Below, one piece after another: positions 37,771 to 49,830 of a DNA stretch of 64,000 bases. This DNA is from Eledone cirrhosa (Eukaryota), in contig OZ024742.1 of NCBI GenBank assembly GCA_964016885.1, forward strand, positions 87,358,001 through 87,422,000. Reading direction: 5' to 3'. Position 1 is the stretch's first letter, and each line of letters starts with the position of its first letter. Below the pieces are notes generated by a model. It saw only the letters and a list, made by a program, of their open reading frames with translations. It did not search any database and was not told the origin of the DNA. Both the position numbers and the translations under genes were made by a program.

Positions 37771-40700
37771 AACATACATTCGCCAATCCTCGATAAGAGT
37801 GTTTAAATATCGAACATAAACAGTTCGAATAACGGTGAAATGGAGACTAGAACGTCATGTGACAGACTCTCACCCAACAGGTGCCCCCTGGCTCAGCAGC
37901 AGGAACCTGACTGTCAACCAAATACTGCTGATGTTGGAGGAAGAAGAAGAAGGAAAGGGGCCAGAACCAACTGGACGAAAGAATTGAATAGAACTGTTAT
38001 GCAATGCTACCTGAAAAGTAACCCCAAGGAGAGGGGCTACAGGAGACGGATGCATAACATCTGGAACGAGATTGGTTTATTTAAATTAGATGAACAAAAA
38101 TTGGCCGGGCAGGCTCGGGTAATAAGAACTAATGGGTGGATAAGCGAGCTGGAACTGGAGGAACTGAGCAGAGAGAATGGCTTGGAGATGGCGGGTGTAG
38201 TATGCCAGACAAGCGAGCCGGCGGGAAATGAAGGTGAGGAGGTCCTGAGAACGGAGGAACCACCCGAAGCAGACAATGATCTGAATACTGAGATAAATAA
38301 TACCTGGAACAGAGAGACGGCCACTGAGGAGATGAATGCTGACGGGCTAGGACAAGATTCGGTTGACATCCTAAATTTAGTGGTAGATGAGTTGAACAAT
38401 GATAGTGGGAGACCTATGAACCTAAGATTTGTAGACAGGAAAAAGTTAAAAGAAACAACAGCTAAGGTAAACAAAGTCATCCCATACCTTGAGGCGAGGA
38501 GTCTTCACCAGTGCAACAATATCCTCAAAGCAACAGCAAATACTGTGAGGAAACTACTTGGTATAAAGGCGAGAGGAAACAACAGACAAGAAAGAGCAGA
38601 GCCGTGGTGGAAGAAGCGACTGAGTGGGCAAATCGGGGAAATGAGAAATGACATAGGAAAGCTTGAGTCACTGCTGAATGGGACACTAAAAAACATAGGC
38701 ACTAAAAATAGACTGGAAATAAAATACAAAACTAGGAGTAAAAAGCTAAATATTATCATAGAGGAATTGAAGCAACGCATTGTAGCAAAGAGTGCCAAAA
38801 TCAGGCGATACGAGAACAGAGTCAGTCAGTATAAACAGAACCGCATGTTCGACAACAACCAGAAGATGCTGTTTGGACAGCTTGAGGGGAAAGAAAGAGG
38901 CAACGACTTGATCCCTGGGGCGGAACAAGCTAAAACATTCTGGAGAGGAATATGGGAGCAGGATGTTAGACACAATGCCCAGGCAGGGTGGATTGAGACA
39001 GTACAGAGGGAGATCGGTGAGCAGGCACAGCAACAGACTGATTTGAGTATCACAGTTGAAACTCTTAAGGGGCAAGCCAAAAAACTAACCAACTGGAAAT
39101 CACCAGGCCCAGATGGTGTGCAGGGGTATTGGATTAAACATTTAACATCCCTCCACCCGAAGCTGACGGCCATGTTCAATGACTGCTTGGTGTCGGGTGA
39201 GGTGCCAGAGTGGTTGACAAAAGGTACCACAGTTCTGATAATGAAAGACCGAATCAAGGGTAATGATGTTACCAACTATAGACCTATCACATGTCTGCCC
39301 GTAATGTGGAAACTGTTGACGAGCATTGTGTCTGAGGAAATCTACCATCACCTCCACACAAACAACTTGTTGCCGGACGAACAGAAAGGATGCCGAAAGA
39401 AGTCACGTGGTACAAAGGACCAGTTGCTTATTGATAAGATGGTAATGGGGAATTGCAGGAGGAGACACACTGATCTTGCCATGGGATGGATAGACTACAG
39501 AAAGGCATTTGACATGGTGCCTCATTCCTGGATCACCAAAAGCCTGGAGATCTTCAGGGTGGCAGATAACATCAGACAGTTGCTGGGCAGGAGTATGGGG
39601 TCCTGGGAGACAGAGTTGACATCAACTGGAGTATCCTTGGGAAGCGTGAAGATCAAGAGAGGTATCTTCCAGGGAGATAGCCTGTCCCCTCTGTTGTTTG
39701 TCCTTGCCCTGATGCCCTTGACCATTATGCTGCGAAAAGTGAGAGCAGGATACAAGTTGGGAAGGGGAGAGCTTACCATCAATCACCTCCTCTTCATGGA
39801 CGATCTTAAGCTCTTCGGGAAAAGTGAGAAGGAGTTGGATGTGCTTGTTGACACTGTCCGTATTTTCAGCAGTGATATATGTATGCAGTTTGGTATTGGT
39901 AAATGTGGAGTCATCGTGATGAGGAGGGGTAGGTTGAGCAGAAGTAACGGGATCCAGATACCAACAGGTGAGATGATAAAGGAAATTGACTCTGAGGAAG
40001 GATACAAGTATTTGGGCGTTCTGGAGGCTGATGGCATAAAGAACAAAAAAATGAAGGAATTGTTAAGAACTGAATACATTCGGAGAGTAAGGAGCGTATT
40101 GAAGTCACATCTGAACAGCAGAAATGCCATAAGCGCAGTAAATTCCCGAGCTGTGTCTATTATTAGGTACAGTGCGGGAATTCTGAGATGGAATGTTGCT
40201 GAACAAAAAGAAATGGATAGGAAGACTAGGAAGCTATTGACTATCTACAACATGTTCCACAAGAGGAGTGATGTCGATAGACTCTACCTAAGGAGATCTG
40301 AGGGTGGAAGAGGTCTTATCAGCATAGAGGACTGTGTTCAGATGGAGAAAAACAACCTATACAAATACGTGACCTATAGTAAGGAGCCAATGCTCAGAGC
40401 TGTACTGAAGGAGGGGACAGTAGGCCAGGGGATACCCAAGGAGGAAATAACATCAAGGAGGAAGAGCAGCCTTAAGGGAAAATCCCTTCATAGTACCTTC
40501 TTTGAGAAAACTGAATTTAGAGATCCACAGACATGGAACTGGTTGAGAAGAGGAGACCTCAAAAAGGCTACAGAAGGAATGCTAATGGCTGCGCAGGAGC
40601 AGGCCCTCAAAACGAAGTGGTTGAAGCACCATATCTACAAGGAGGAGGCTAGCCCACTGTGCAGGATCTGTGGAGAGAGAGAGGAGACTGTGGCTCACAT

Positions 40701-41307
40701 TGTGTCCGAGTGTAAACACCTAGCCCAGACCCACTATAAGGGCTGGAGACACGATGTGATGGGCAGGGTGATCCACTGGCACCTGTGCAAAGTAAACAAT
40801 CTACCACATTCTGAGAAATGGTATGAGCATAGGCCAGAGGCGGTGATGGAGAACAGTCAGGTGAAGGTGCTGTGGGATTTTAGGATACAGACGGACAAAA
40901 AACTGGAACACAATAGACCTGACCTGGTGGTTGTGGACAAAGAAAAAAGATCGTGCCTGATTGTGGATGTGGCCTGCCCGTTCGACACGAGAGTGCAAGA
41001 GAAGGAGAGGGAGAAAATTAACCGATACCAGGACCTAAAGTGGGAGGTGAAAAGGATTTGGAACTGCCATGAAGTCAAAGTGATCCCGATTGTCATAGGC
41101 GCACTGGGGACTATCTCCAAAGGTTTCCAGGGATGGTTAAAGAAAATCGGCCCCTTCACGCTTTTTGGAACGCTTCAAAAGGCATGCTTGCTTGGAACGG
41201 CAAGAACCCTCCGATACGTCCTGAATATCTGAGGCTGCAGGTAGTGGCTTGATATTCAATCCAACGGACTTTCCAGTTAACCAACATCAATGACTGAGAT
41301 TCAAGGA
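37771..41307 (+). mobile_element. Intact Dong/R4-type (RLE clade) non-LTR retrotransposon; the 5' end may extend to 36511
   Basis: Single ORF, 75-nt 3' UTR, TAA-type tract downstream. Confidence 0.96.
37840..41232 (+). CDS. R4/Dong-like polyprotein: N-terminal domain, RT, CCHC finger, PD-(D/E)xK restriction-like endonuclease
   Basis: [70 protein letters not shown]...DVACP...KINRYQDL; 1130 aa. Confidence 0.97.
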   Translation: METRTSCDRLSPNRCPLAQQQEPDCQPNTADVGGRRRRKGARTNWTKELNRTVMQCYLKSNPKERGYRRRMHNIWNEIGLFKLDEQKLAGQARVIRTNGWISELELEELSRENGLEMAGVVCQTSEPAGNEGEEVLRTEEPPEADNDLNTEINNTWNRETATEEMNADGLGQDSVDILNLVVDELNNDSGRPMNLRFVDRKKLKETTAKVNKVIPYLEARSLHQCNNILKATANTVRKLLGIKARGNNRQERAEPWWKKRLSGQIGEMRNDIGKLESLLNGTLKNIGTKNRLEIKYKTRSKKLNIIIEELKQRIVAKSAKIRRYENRVSQYKQNRMFDNNQKMLFGQLEGKERGNDLIPGAEQAKTFWRGIWEQDVRHNAQAGWIETVQREIGEQAQQQTDLSITVETLKGQAKKLTNWKSPGPDGVQGYWIKHLTSLHPKLTAMFNDCLVSGEVPEWLTKGTTVLIMKDRIKGNDVTNYRPITCLPVMWKLLTSIVSEEIYHHLHTNNLLPDEQKGCRKKSRGTKDQLLIDKMVMGNCRRRHTDLAMGWIDYRKAFDMVPHSWITKSLEIFRVADNIRQLLGRSMGSWETELTSTGVSLGSVKIKRGIFQGDSLSPLLFVLALMPLTIMLRKVRAGYKLGRGELTINHLLFMDDLKLFGKSEKELDVLVDTVRIFSSDICMQFGIGKCGVIVMRRGRLSRSNGIQIPTGEMIKEIDSEEGYKYLGVLEADGIKNKKMKELLRTEYIRRVRSVLKSHLNSRNAISAVNSRAVSIIRYSAGILRWNVAEQKEMDRKTRKLLTIYNMFHKRSDVDRLYLRRSEGGRGLISIEDCVQMEKNNLYKYVTYSKEPMLRAVLKEGTVGQGIPKEEITSRRKSSLKGKSLHSTFFEKTEFRDPQTWNWLRRGDLKKATEGMLMAAQEQALKTKWLKHHIYKEEASPLCRICGEREETVAHIVSECKHLAQTHYKGWRHDVMGRVIHWHLCKVNNLPHSEKWYEHRPEAVMENSQVKVLWDFRIQTDKKLEHNRPDLVVVDKEKRSCLIVDVACPFDTRVQEKEREKINRYQDLKWEVKRIWNCHEVKVIPIVIGALGTISKGFQGWLKKIGPFTLFGTLQKACLLGTARTLRYVLNI

Positions 41308-41318
41308 ATAACAATGAC

Positions 41319-41351
<33 letters not shown>

Positions 41352-41352
<1 letters not shown>

Positions 41353-41705
41353 TGATGGACAGGGTGATCCACTGGCACCTAGTAATAGAAAACGATCAGG
41401 TGAAGGTGCTATGGGATTTTAGGATACAGACGGACAAGAAACTGGAACACAATAGGCCTGACCTGGTGGTTTTGCACAATGAAAAAAGATCGTGCCTGAT
41501 TGTAGATGTAGCCTGCCCATTGACACGAGAGTGCAAGAAAATGAGAGGGTGAAAATAGTCAAAGAGTTTCCAAGGATGGTTAAAGAAGATTAGTCCAACT
41601 CAGCTTTTTGTGACACTTCAAAATGCATGCTTGCTGGGAATAGCAAGAACACTCTGATACGTCCTGATTGTCTGCGGCTGCACGTAGCGGCTTGATATGA
41701 ATTTC
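41352..41705 (+). mobile_element. Short, internally deleted 3' fragment of the Dong-like element
   Basis: RVIHWHL^VIENDQVKVLWDFRIQTDKKLEHNRPDL with two internal deletions; AAT repeats on both sides. Confidence 0.9.
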
Positions 41706-41734
41706 AAAAACAATAATAATAACAATGTATCATT

Positions 41735-42288
41735 GGCAGTAGCGGCAGAAGGATGGACACCTTGCTTTGCAGCATAAAGTTACTCGCCTTTATGGTATGA
41801 GTTCAAATTCTGCCATAGTATTTTGTATTTCATCCTTTCGGGGGTCGATAAAATAAAGTACCAGAAATGTATGGAATAATTGCTGGCCTTGTGCCAAAAG
41901 TAGAAACACTTATTTGGATCGGCAGTATCGGTAGAGGGTCGGACGCCATGCTTTGCAGCATAGAGTTACGAGCCTTCACGGTCTGTGCTCAAATCCCGCT
42001 GAGGTAGACTTTGCTTTTCATCGTTACGGGATCGATAAAGTAAAGCACCAGTAGTGTACTGGGATAATAGCTGGCCTCGTGCCAAAAGTAGAAACAATTA
42101 TTATTTGGGACGTGGATTGGTTGTATCGGTAGAAGGTCTGACGCCATGCTTTAAAGCAACGAGTTACAACCCTTTATGATATGAGTATAAAACCCGGTTA
42201 ACTTTGCGTTAAGGGGTCGAGAAAATAAAACACCAGTAATACACTGATATAATTGCTGGCCTTGTGTCATAAGTAGAAACAATTATTT
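41735..42288 (+). mobile_element. Three head-to-tail tRNA-derived SINE copies of ~180-190 bp
   Basis: Each has a B-box-like gagttcaaatt, a core related to tttcatcctttcggggtcgataaaataaagtaccag, and the tail gctggccttgtgccaaaagtagaaaca+ttat. Confidence 0.85.
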
Positions 42289-44094
42289 GGTCACCTATCG
42301 GAATGTGTGCATGGCCCCTTGTAAATTAGTTGTTATTTCCTATGTGATCCAAAATATATTGATGAACATTTAATTAATTTTCATTGTTGAACTAACAACG
42401 TTTTACATTTGTCGTCGTTATATAGTTAAACGAACTAATATCACAGTGACCTAGGATTTTTGCTTTCTCTACATGAGGCCCTAAGATTTTCTTTTGCCAG
42501 GCAGCGCATCCAGCAGTACACAAAATTCCCAAAACAATGACATCAGAGGCAGCAATAGCAGCCACAATAATAACCAAACAAAGATCTCTGCCCGACAAAA
42601 GCATTCAATAAACTTACCGAAAATAAACAATTCAAAACCAACGTCACAATCACAAAGAAACAGAATAGAATGAGCACAACAAACAGGACATCAGCACTAT
42701 AAGAAACACTATCACAACCACTACCACCTCGACCCACATCGAAACCATTTTAATAACTAAAATATAACAAAATCAGAAAATTGAATCATATAACAAAAAC
42801 AGCACAACAGGCAGCCATCAGAAAAGAATAAACATAGCATTAAAAACAATAATAAAAATGACAAAACATTAAGTATTCCCCTATAACAAAACCCCAGGTA
42901 TTAAAAGAAATACGTATAATGGAATATATGAATTTGTATCAACAAACCGCCGGACCCATAGAAAAACCACTGATAGAGACAATTTTCCATATACTGCACA
43001 TTACTAGAGCAAGACAGTACTCTTTCAGAGAGGAACCATAGCCTGTTAAACAATCAATTGTACCATGTAGGATAGACGCTTATATATGTACCTTTCATAT
43101 TTAAGTAGAATTATTGTAAGGGTCAATATTTACTGGGTCCTACGAGAGATGCTTTTCTGGAAGTTATTTACATGTATCGTCGAGGTAGTAAGCACCACCC
43201 TCATCGAAATGAAACAAAACTGACTGCATGACAAGCCTATATTGTATAAGAACGGCATCGCTAGCAGTATAGGCGTGGAAAGCCTTTGTGTTTCAGTTGA
43301 ATTTCGGCAATATCATTTAATATACTGTTCAGGCAGATTATTCACAACCTTCATAACACAAATGTATCCAAACCCCTTCGATCAGGATGGTATCTGGGTC
43401 TTTCCCTTCTCCAGTGCATTTTCACGTGGTCGAGAGATTCCTTTGCCTGATCATCTAAACTCGGTCAAAATTATTCCTTCTGATGTAAATAAAGTGCATC
43501 GAAGAGCGTTTAATAACTTCTTGGAGGCTTAGGTCACAGAAAGAATTAGACATTTTAAATGTGGCAAGGCGGCTGGGGAGTTTGAATTCTAGTCGGATAT
43601 GTTCAGAGCCTTAAATAGAGAATGTAATCCCTTGATGATATGTGTTTGCCCGTTTGACTGGGTCTCTGGATAGGTGCTGAAGTCATGGCAATCAGTAGTA
43701 ATAATTCCAATCCTTATAATGGGGGACAAGACAGACTGTTCCAATCAGAAAGGGCGCTATTTGTTAAATCTCCCCAGTGAATGTTAGATTACGAGTCGGG
43801 AAATGTGATGTAGGGATGTTTTCGACTCCAAGTTATTGAAGAAAAGTATGGTTTTCATTGCGGACATAGCTCAGGCGTCTAGCTTTGGAGAAAAGCTTAA
43901 GATATGTATTTTTACTTCCGGACTGGAATTGGTATCGAGACTGGCGGGTATTGGACCAATGTTTGTGTGGTTGGCGGCAATTTGCAGACAGCATGATATT
44001 ACTTTTCTCGTAGGAAAATGAGGCCTCACGTGCGCTAGATAGAATCACTGCATATATTTTACGGGCACCATTAACCGACAAGAGACCAGAATTT

Positions 44095-44255
44095 TCACTC
44101 GGGTAAGATGGTTAGATAACATCCAAGAGCTCTTCTGATTTCTCTTGCAGATCGATCCGGATCAAATGGAGAGGGTTGCGTCTGACAGGACCCATTGGAA
44201 TGCGTGCCTGAAGACTCTGCTCCCACTATCCACCAATGAATATGGAGTGAACAAG
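44095..44255 (+). pseudogene. RTE-like LINE extreme C-terminal fragment
   Basis: RWLDNIQEL...LQIDPDQMERVASDRTHWNACLKTLLP resembles RTE ORF C-termini. Confidence 0.55.
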
Positions 44256-44399
44256 AATAGAAAGAAAAAGATAATTTTGAAAATAGAAAACATAAACGAG
44301 AAACTTAAATTATAAATTACATACGGAATCCTGACCTACAAACATATCACATACAAACTTCAAATGAAAATACTTACTAAGGTACATATAGAAGGAAAT

Positions 44400-45050
44400 T
44401 CTCACTTCATCGAATATTTCCATCTGGACCAAAAAATAAATCTCCAAACGAGGAAATCCTTGACAAAATAGAGTCAAACAATAGAACCGCTAACCTGACT
44501 ATCTTACACTTCAGTAAAACGAATAGAATATTAGCAAGCCAAAGGTAAATGAGTTGATATACGCTGCTTCAAAGTTCTAAAAAAAAATAGGAATAGCAAA
44601 AATTATATAAATATAAAACATATAAATGTGGTATATAATAAAATAAAGAAATCTAAATCTTAATTGATATAGGGAATAAAGCAACCACAAAGAGGAAAAT
44701 GGAAGAAAATACAAATAAAATAATAAATAGAATACAACAGTAGTGGAGATCACTTAAAGAAAGTTATGTCATAAGCTAAGACACAGATGTTCCTTAGATA
44801 AAATGTACACCAATAATACTTTGAACAAAAACAAAATGTTCATTCTAAAACCTTGTTAAAATATAACAGCGAATACATAGGGGAGTGGAAGATTCGTGGA
44901 AAGTAATCTGTATGGAAATACCACACAGTGGATTGGATAGAACACGAACAAAGAAACCGGAGAAAATTAACTCTAGAGGAATTGTCTAATGCTCTGAAAA
45001 GCAATTGCATGAACATATCCTAAATGTTCTGGTTGCATTATTAATAGTGA
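44400..45050 (+). pseudogene. Highly decayed Dong/R4-like N-terminal fragment
   Basis: Short motifs NELIYAASK, DWIEHEQR and LTLEELSNALK occur in the expected order; heavily broken. Confidence 0.35.
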
Positions 45051-45956
45051 TGCATGTATTATTTCCTGAAACGATAAAGTGGATGGTGATGGATCCAGAC
45101 ATATCATCGTAATTGCTAACTAAGAGGAATCATCTTTTGGTATCCAATAATCTTATAGTAATTCGCAAAGAGGTAGGCAGAGTAACATGCTTCTTTACAA
45201 CCTAAATATTTCAATGGTATTAATGTAGCGAAGACTGGCAAAACGACTACATAAAAAGCAGCCGCTTCCAGAAAAGTAAGCTGAAAGTTATGCTACAAAT
45301 TCTCAAACAGTCCTACAGATATAGATGAAGGATAATGTTATGATTTAAACTATACTGAGAAACGGATATTCCAACGGCAAACTTTATTTCCATTACCTCT
45401 CTCTCCTACCAGTTACACAATTAGCTGAGATTTTAAAGGAGTCTTGGTTCGTATATTGACGATTGCAATTTGTCCACTGCGTACGGCATGAAATTGTACT
45501 AAAATTAGCACTTAACACGTATAATATACACAGCAATAACATAACTAATATTAATAAAAATAAACAAGCACAAAATCCAATATAAAGTAAAATATTCAGA
45601 AACCGAACTACATGTTTATTCTGGCCGCTTATGATGTGCATGTAAACAAAATGGTAATATCAAAAATAAGTACCGTGATAATAATATTAATAAAGAAACG
45701 CCAGCAGCACTACCACACTTTTCCATTTTTTATTTTGATACAGCTTCTTATGTAAACAGATATTTTAATCGAATGCTAGTTAAAAGATGATAGTAGTTAA
45801 CATTTATTTCTGGCATCCACCAGTCATCGCCTTGGATGCTATCCACACAGTTCTTTCTAAGTTTATCTTCGTGAAATCTAACTTAGAGTGTGTTGTAAAT
45901 ATTTGGATTTAAAACCTTTTAATGAAACGTCAGAGTGATAAAACGAGAAAATAAAT

Positions 45957-45959
45957 AGA

Positions 45960-46017
<58 letters not shown>

Positions 46018-46058
46018 GAGAGAGATGGGATAGAGAGAGAGAAAGAGATAGAGAGAGA
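45957..46058. repeat. (GA)n microsatellite
   Basis: Direct observation. Confidence 0.97.
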
Positions 46059-47084
46059 AAGTAGCATTGACACACATACAGGGAGCAGGACACAAACCGA
46101 GTAACATACATAGTGAATGGATGAAAGGAAGAGGTAATGTGATACTGAAGGAAATGGAGAAGATATTTCGAAAGTTAAAAGATAATATCAAGTATTTTGT
46201 GATGAAATATATATTTTAGTGGATTTAAGTGCACGTAAGTGATACCGATGTTTAGATAATGTGCTTTAAACGAATATATTCAATTATCTTCTTAAAATTG
46301 CATTAACAAACAGAGTCTGTATATTTGTAGGTGCCAATTAGTTTGGAAACTAACGTGTACATATTCCATAAATTAAAACTGAAGGTTGCTGATTCAGGAC
46401 GGATTTAAGTTTTCTAACTAAAATATTGATATAGAACACTAACATTATATTAGTTCAAAATCTGCCTTTACCCTCAATTGTGCCATGCTGCTGAGACTAC
46501 TGAGTCGGCGAGTGCACACAATTACGCCCATTATTGCGCGTAAACGTAAAGGTATATAAAGCGTCATATACGCGCACAATTCAGATTTGAATTAAAGATT
46601 CTCAGTATATAATATAGCAATATTATACTCAGAATTAACAAGACTGAAATTATAATAACTCTTTGGTCGTCGTTCCTAGAAATACATACTGTTAGCCAAT
46701 AGATACTTCGCATTCATTTGGCGTTAACGTAGGGCCGGTGTGTAAAATATTTGATCATATAATATATAGTTACAACCCGAATTCAACTGTTCAGAATGCT
46801 CTATTTGCTTAGAGGAATTACGAAGCTGGAAAACCACAGACATCGCATGACTTGTATTGCCGTTTTTACATAAGGCCTTAGTGAATATCTCCTAGTAAAC
46901 ACAATACCGGACATTACTCGCTTTCAGCATCCATATACAATGCCGAATGTGAGGTAATCACTCTTATCGATCGACAATATCCCAGGCATCACTTACTCTC
47001 CGAGTAGGTGGACCTCGTCATATCGGACCAAGCAAACAGTATTTCCATTGGTCATTCCATTGTTGATTCTATCTACCGTTTGCA

Positions 47085-47175
47085 ACTCCTGGCAGAAGGA
47101 GCAACGTGAAATAAATGGTCTTGCTCAAGGACACAGAGCATCACTCGATGCCGGACTTGAACTCGCAAACACACA
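47085..47175 (-). mobile_element. CORE-type SINE fragment
   Basis: gtcttgctcaaggacaca...ggacttgaactc: antisense CORE-like motif plus B box. Confidence 0.55.
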
Positions 47176-48324
47176 TTTGCGAATTCTAGTAACTCACGGG
47201 CGTTGGTAATACTCATTCTCATAAGATTTCAAAACAAATGTTTCTGCACAAGTAATCATATTTTAAAATCTATTTGTGGTTAACTCTATGTAAATTTGCA
47301 ATTGTAAGGGGAGTCCTCGTTAGAATTATATAGCATTTCCCCTCAAGAAGTTGGTCTTATTAATGTTATTACAATCAGTGATATATCCATAATTAGCTCT
47401 GACACTAGAGAATGATGAGTTAGGAAGAAGTTTTATTAAGTGCGAATATGGTTGCTGTTGGGCATGATGTTTAAACAATGATATTTTATATTTGTGTTCG
47501 GAATGGGAATACGTCATAATTAATGTCATAAACAAAGGTAAGACATTGGTGGTAGTTGCGGAAGGCCTATGTTTCTAGTTCTATGCCTGTACGTATTCTA
47601 ATTGATATTATCACTATATCCACTCAGGGAAAGTGCGTTATTATCATATCTCGAATTATTCTTAAAATGGTGTTCGTTTGCTGATAAATGGGTGAGCATG
47701 AAAGAGACGATTCTATCCAAATGTGTAATTCTATAAGTGGGATATTTTGGAGGGTTACTGAGGGAATTCAATCTCGTAGTGGGTTTTTTATAAGGAGTCA
47801 TAAAAGTAACTTAACATATACATTTATCTAAAGGCTGAAATGTTTAGAGGAAACAACACGTTCCTCTCGAACCTAGTGGTAGCTTAGGGTGGGCGCATTT
47901 TCATAGATGAATATATATTATCGTGGGAGAGAGCACCACCAGCATTGAGGAATGCTTCGTTAATTAAAAATAGGTAACAATGACAAATCCGCTCGGGGAC
48001 CTCCACAGAAATGCGTGGCTACATAGTCGGGCTCATGTTCATTTTTTAACCAGATTTATCGATTTTTGTTAGAAACATTAAAACATTTCTAAATACATCA
48101 AATAACAACAGACATTGATATCCATTTTCATTATACAGCAATATTAATTTCATGGTTGTGCCTAAGCTAATCTCCTCCATTGTTAACGGGTCATTTCCCT
48201 CATTTTAAATGTGAGTTATATTTACAAAGCATTTGGTTTATATCGTTAATACTAAAATGGGCAATGACGAGTTTTCCTTCTGAAGAGATGCGATCTTAAT
48301 AGATCTATGTTTGTATATATGTAT

Positions 48325-49830
48325 GTTTCTCATCATCGTGTACAGCATGTTGGTCTTACAATCAGCCTTAAAAGGTCCAGAGTAATATCTAGGCCTGTTC
48401 CAATAGAACCATATACTGGACCCATTATCATGGTTGATAGAACCAGGCTAGGAGTAGTAGATAAATTTGTCTACATGGGTATCACACTCTCATATGATGT
48501 GTCATTGGATGCTGAAATACATCTTCTCAATCAGAAGGTCTCTGCTGCCTTCGCAAAATTAGAAAAGAGAGTTTGGGAAAATCGCAACTTTTCCTACAAT
48601 ACAAAGGTGTGGATGTATAGATGATTTGTTCCGTCTGCTCTTTTATACTCCACCAACACATGTACACTATTCCAAAAACACATCAAATTGCTTGAGCGTT
48701 TTCAACAGAAATGCTGAAGGAGCATATTCAACATCAAATGTGACGTTCATGTTCTTATCAAAGCAGAGTGTGCAAGAGTTCAGTCCCAAGTAACATCACA
48801 AATGCACATGAAAGAAAGCAGAATCCCGAAGCAACTGTTTTACGGTTAACTCTATCTTGGAAAAATACCTCAATGCAAACCGATAATGATGTTCAGAGAC
48901 AGCATTAAGAAGAAGCTCAAAGAGCTGTAATTTGATATATACAACTGGAAGGCGATAGCTCTAAATAGGGCTGAGTTGCGAAAATATATAAAGCGCAGTT
49001 GTAAATCATTTGAGGAATGTCATCTAGAACAGAAAGAACTGAAGCGTTAGCTTCGGTAGAGTTGTGATCACAGTCTTGGTGAGGTCATTAGCAGTTGGAC
49101 ATGTATTTTCTGTCAGCGTGTACTCCTCTCAAAGTCTGGTTATGTTAATCACCTGAAGTCACATGCAAAGGTAACCACCTGCAACACCACTCAATAAATA
49201 CCTGGCGAAACAACGTGCCTGTTATGCAACAGTGTGTAGAACTATTTCCGGATTAAAAAGACACATGGTGGTGTATAAAGATTGTGTCGCACATGGTGAC
49301 ACCACCGGTCCTGTGGAAAGCACAACTCTCTTCTGTGATTAGTGTCGTAAACCATACAGATCTACCGCTGGCCTATAGAGTCATCTACGAAGTAGATGGG
49401 ATGATGGCGAATAATCAATAAGAGACGGCAATTGTCAGTGAAGCCTCTGCAATCCTCATATATCTAAGTATGTATGGACTCAAACGTAATATTCGCAGTC
49501 ATAAGGTTAGACCAGAATTTGGCCACCAGGCTGCTGTCGGAGTGGCTACTCATCATACCTGTCAAACATGTGGAAACGAGTGTAGATCAGCAGGAGAGTT
49601 CAAACGACTTGCAAAATTACATGAGGTTCGAGCACAGCTCGCTATTGCCAGCGAATCGTTTGATCGTGGTTGCAAACTCGGTGCAATGCATTTTAGATGA
49701 TTGGCTAAGCTAAAATGCCACCTTCGTTCGGAGAACCATTAATTTTTAATACAAATGTGTGTTTTCTATTTTTTTGTTATCGTGCAATGGACATACTCGA
49801 TAACGTGGGGGCAGTCATAATGTATGTATG
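48325..49830 (+). mobile_element. Degenerate 3' portion(s) of an RTE/BovB-like LINE with C-terminal C2H2 fingers and an (ATGT)n tail
   Basis: GLTISLKRSRV...VDKFVYMG..LS...LDAEI...KVSAAFAKLEKRVW; RIPKQLFYG; WTCIFCQRVLLSKSGYVNHLKSH; HTCQTCGNECRSAG. Confidence 0.8.

Noticed and set aside
24141-41720. Repeat-spacer alternation reminiscent of a CRISPR array
   Set aside because: The repeats are variable-length trinucleotide tracts, the spacers are retrotransposons, there are no cas genes, and the context is eukaryotic.
41735-42288. tRNA-like A/B boxes
   Set aside because: They are SINE heads without a cloverleaf; not tRNA genes.
42530-44090. Moderately GC-rich stretch that may be a decayed transposable element
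   Set aside because: No recognisable protein motif in the frames I tried; left unclassified.
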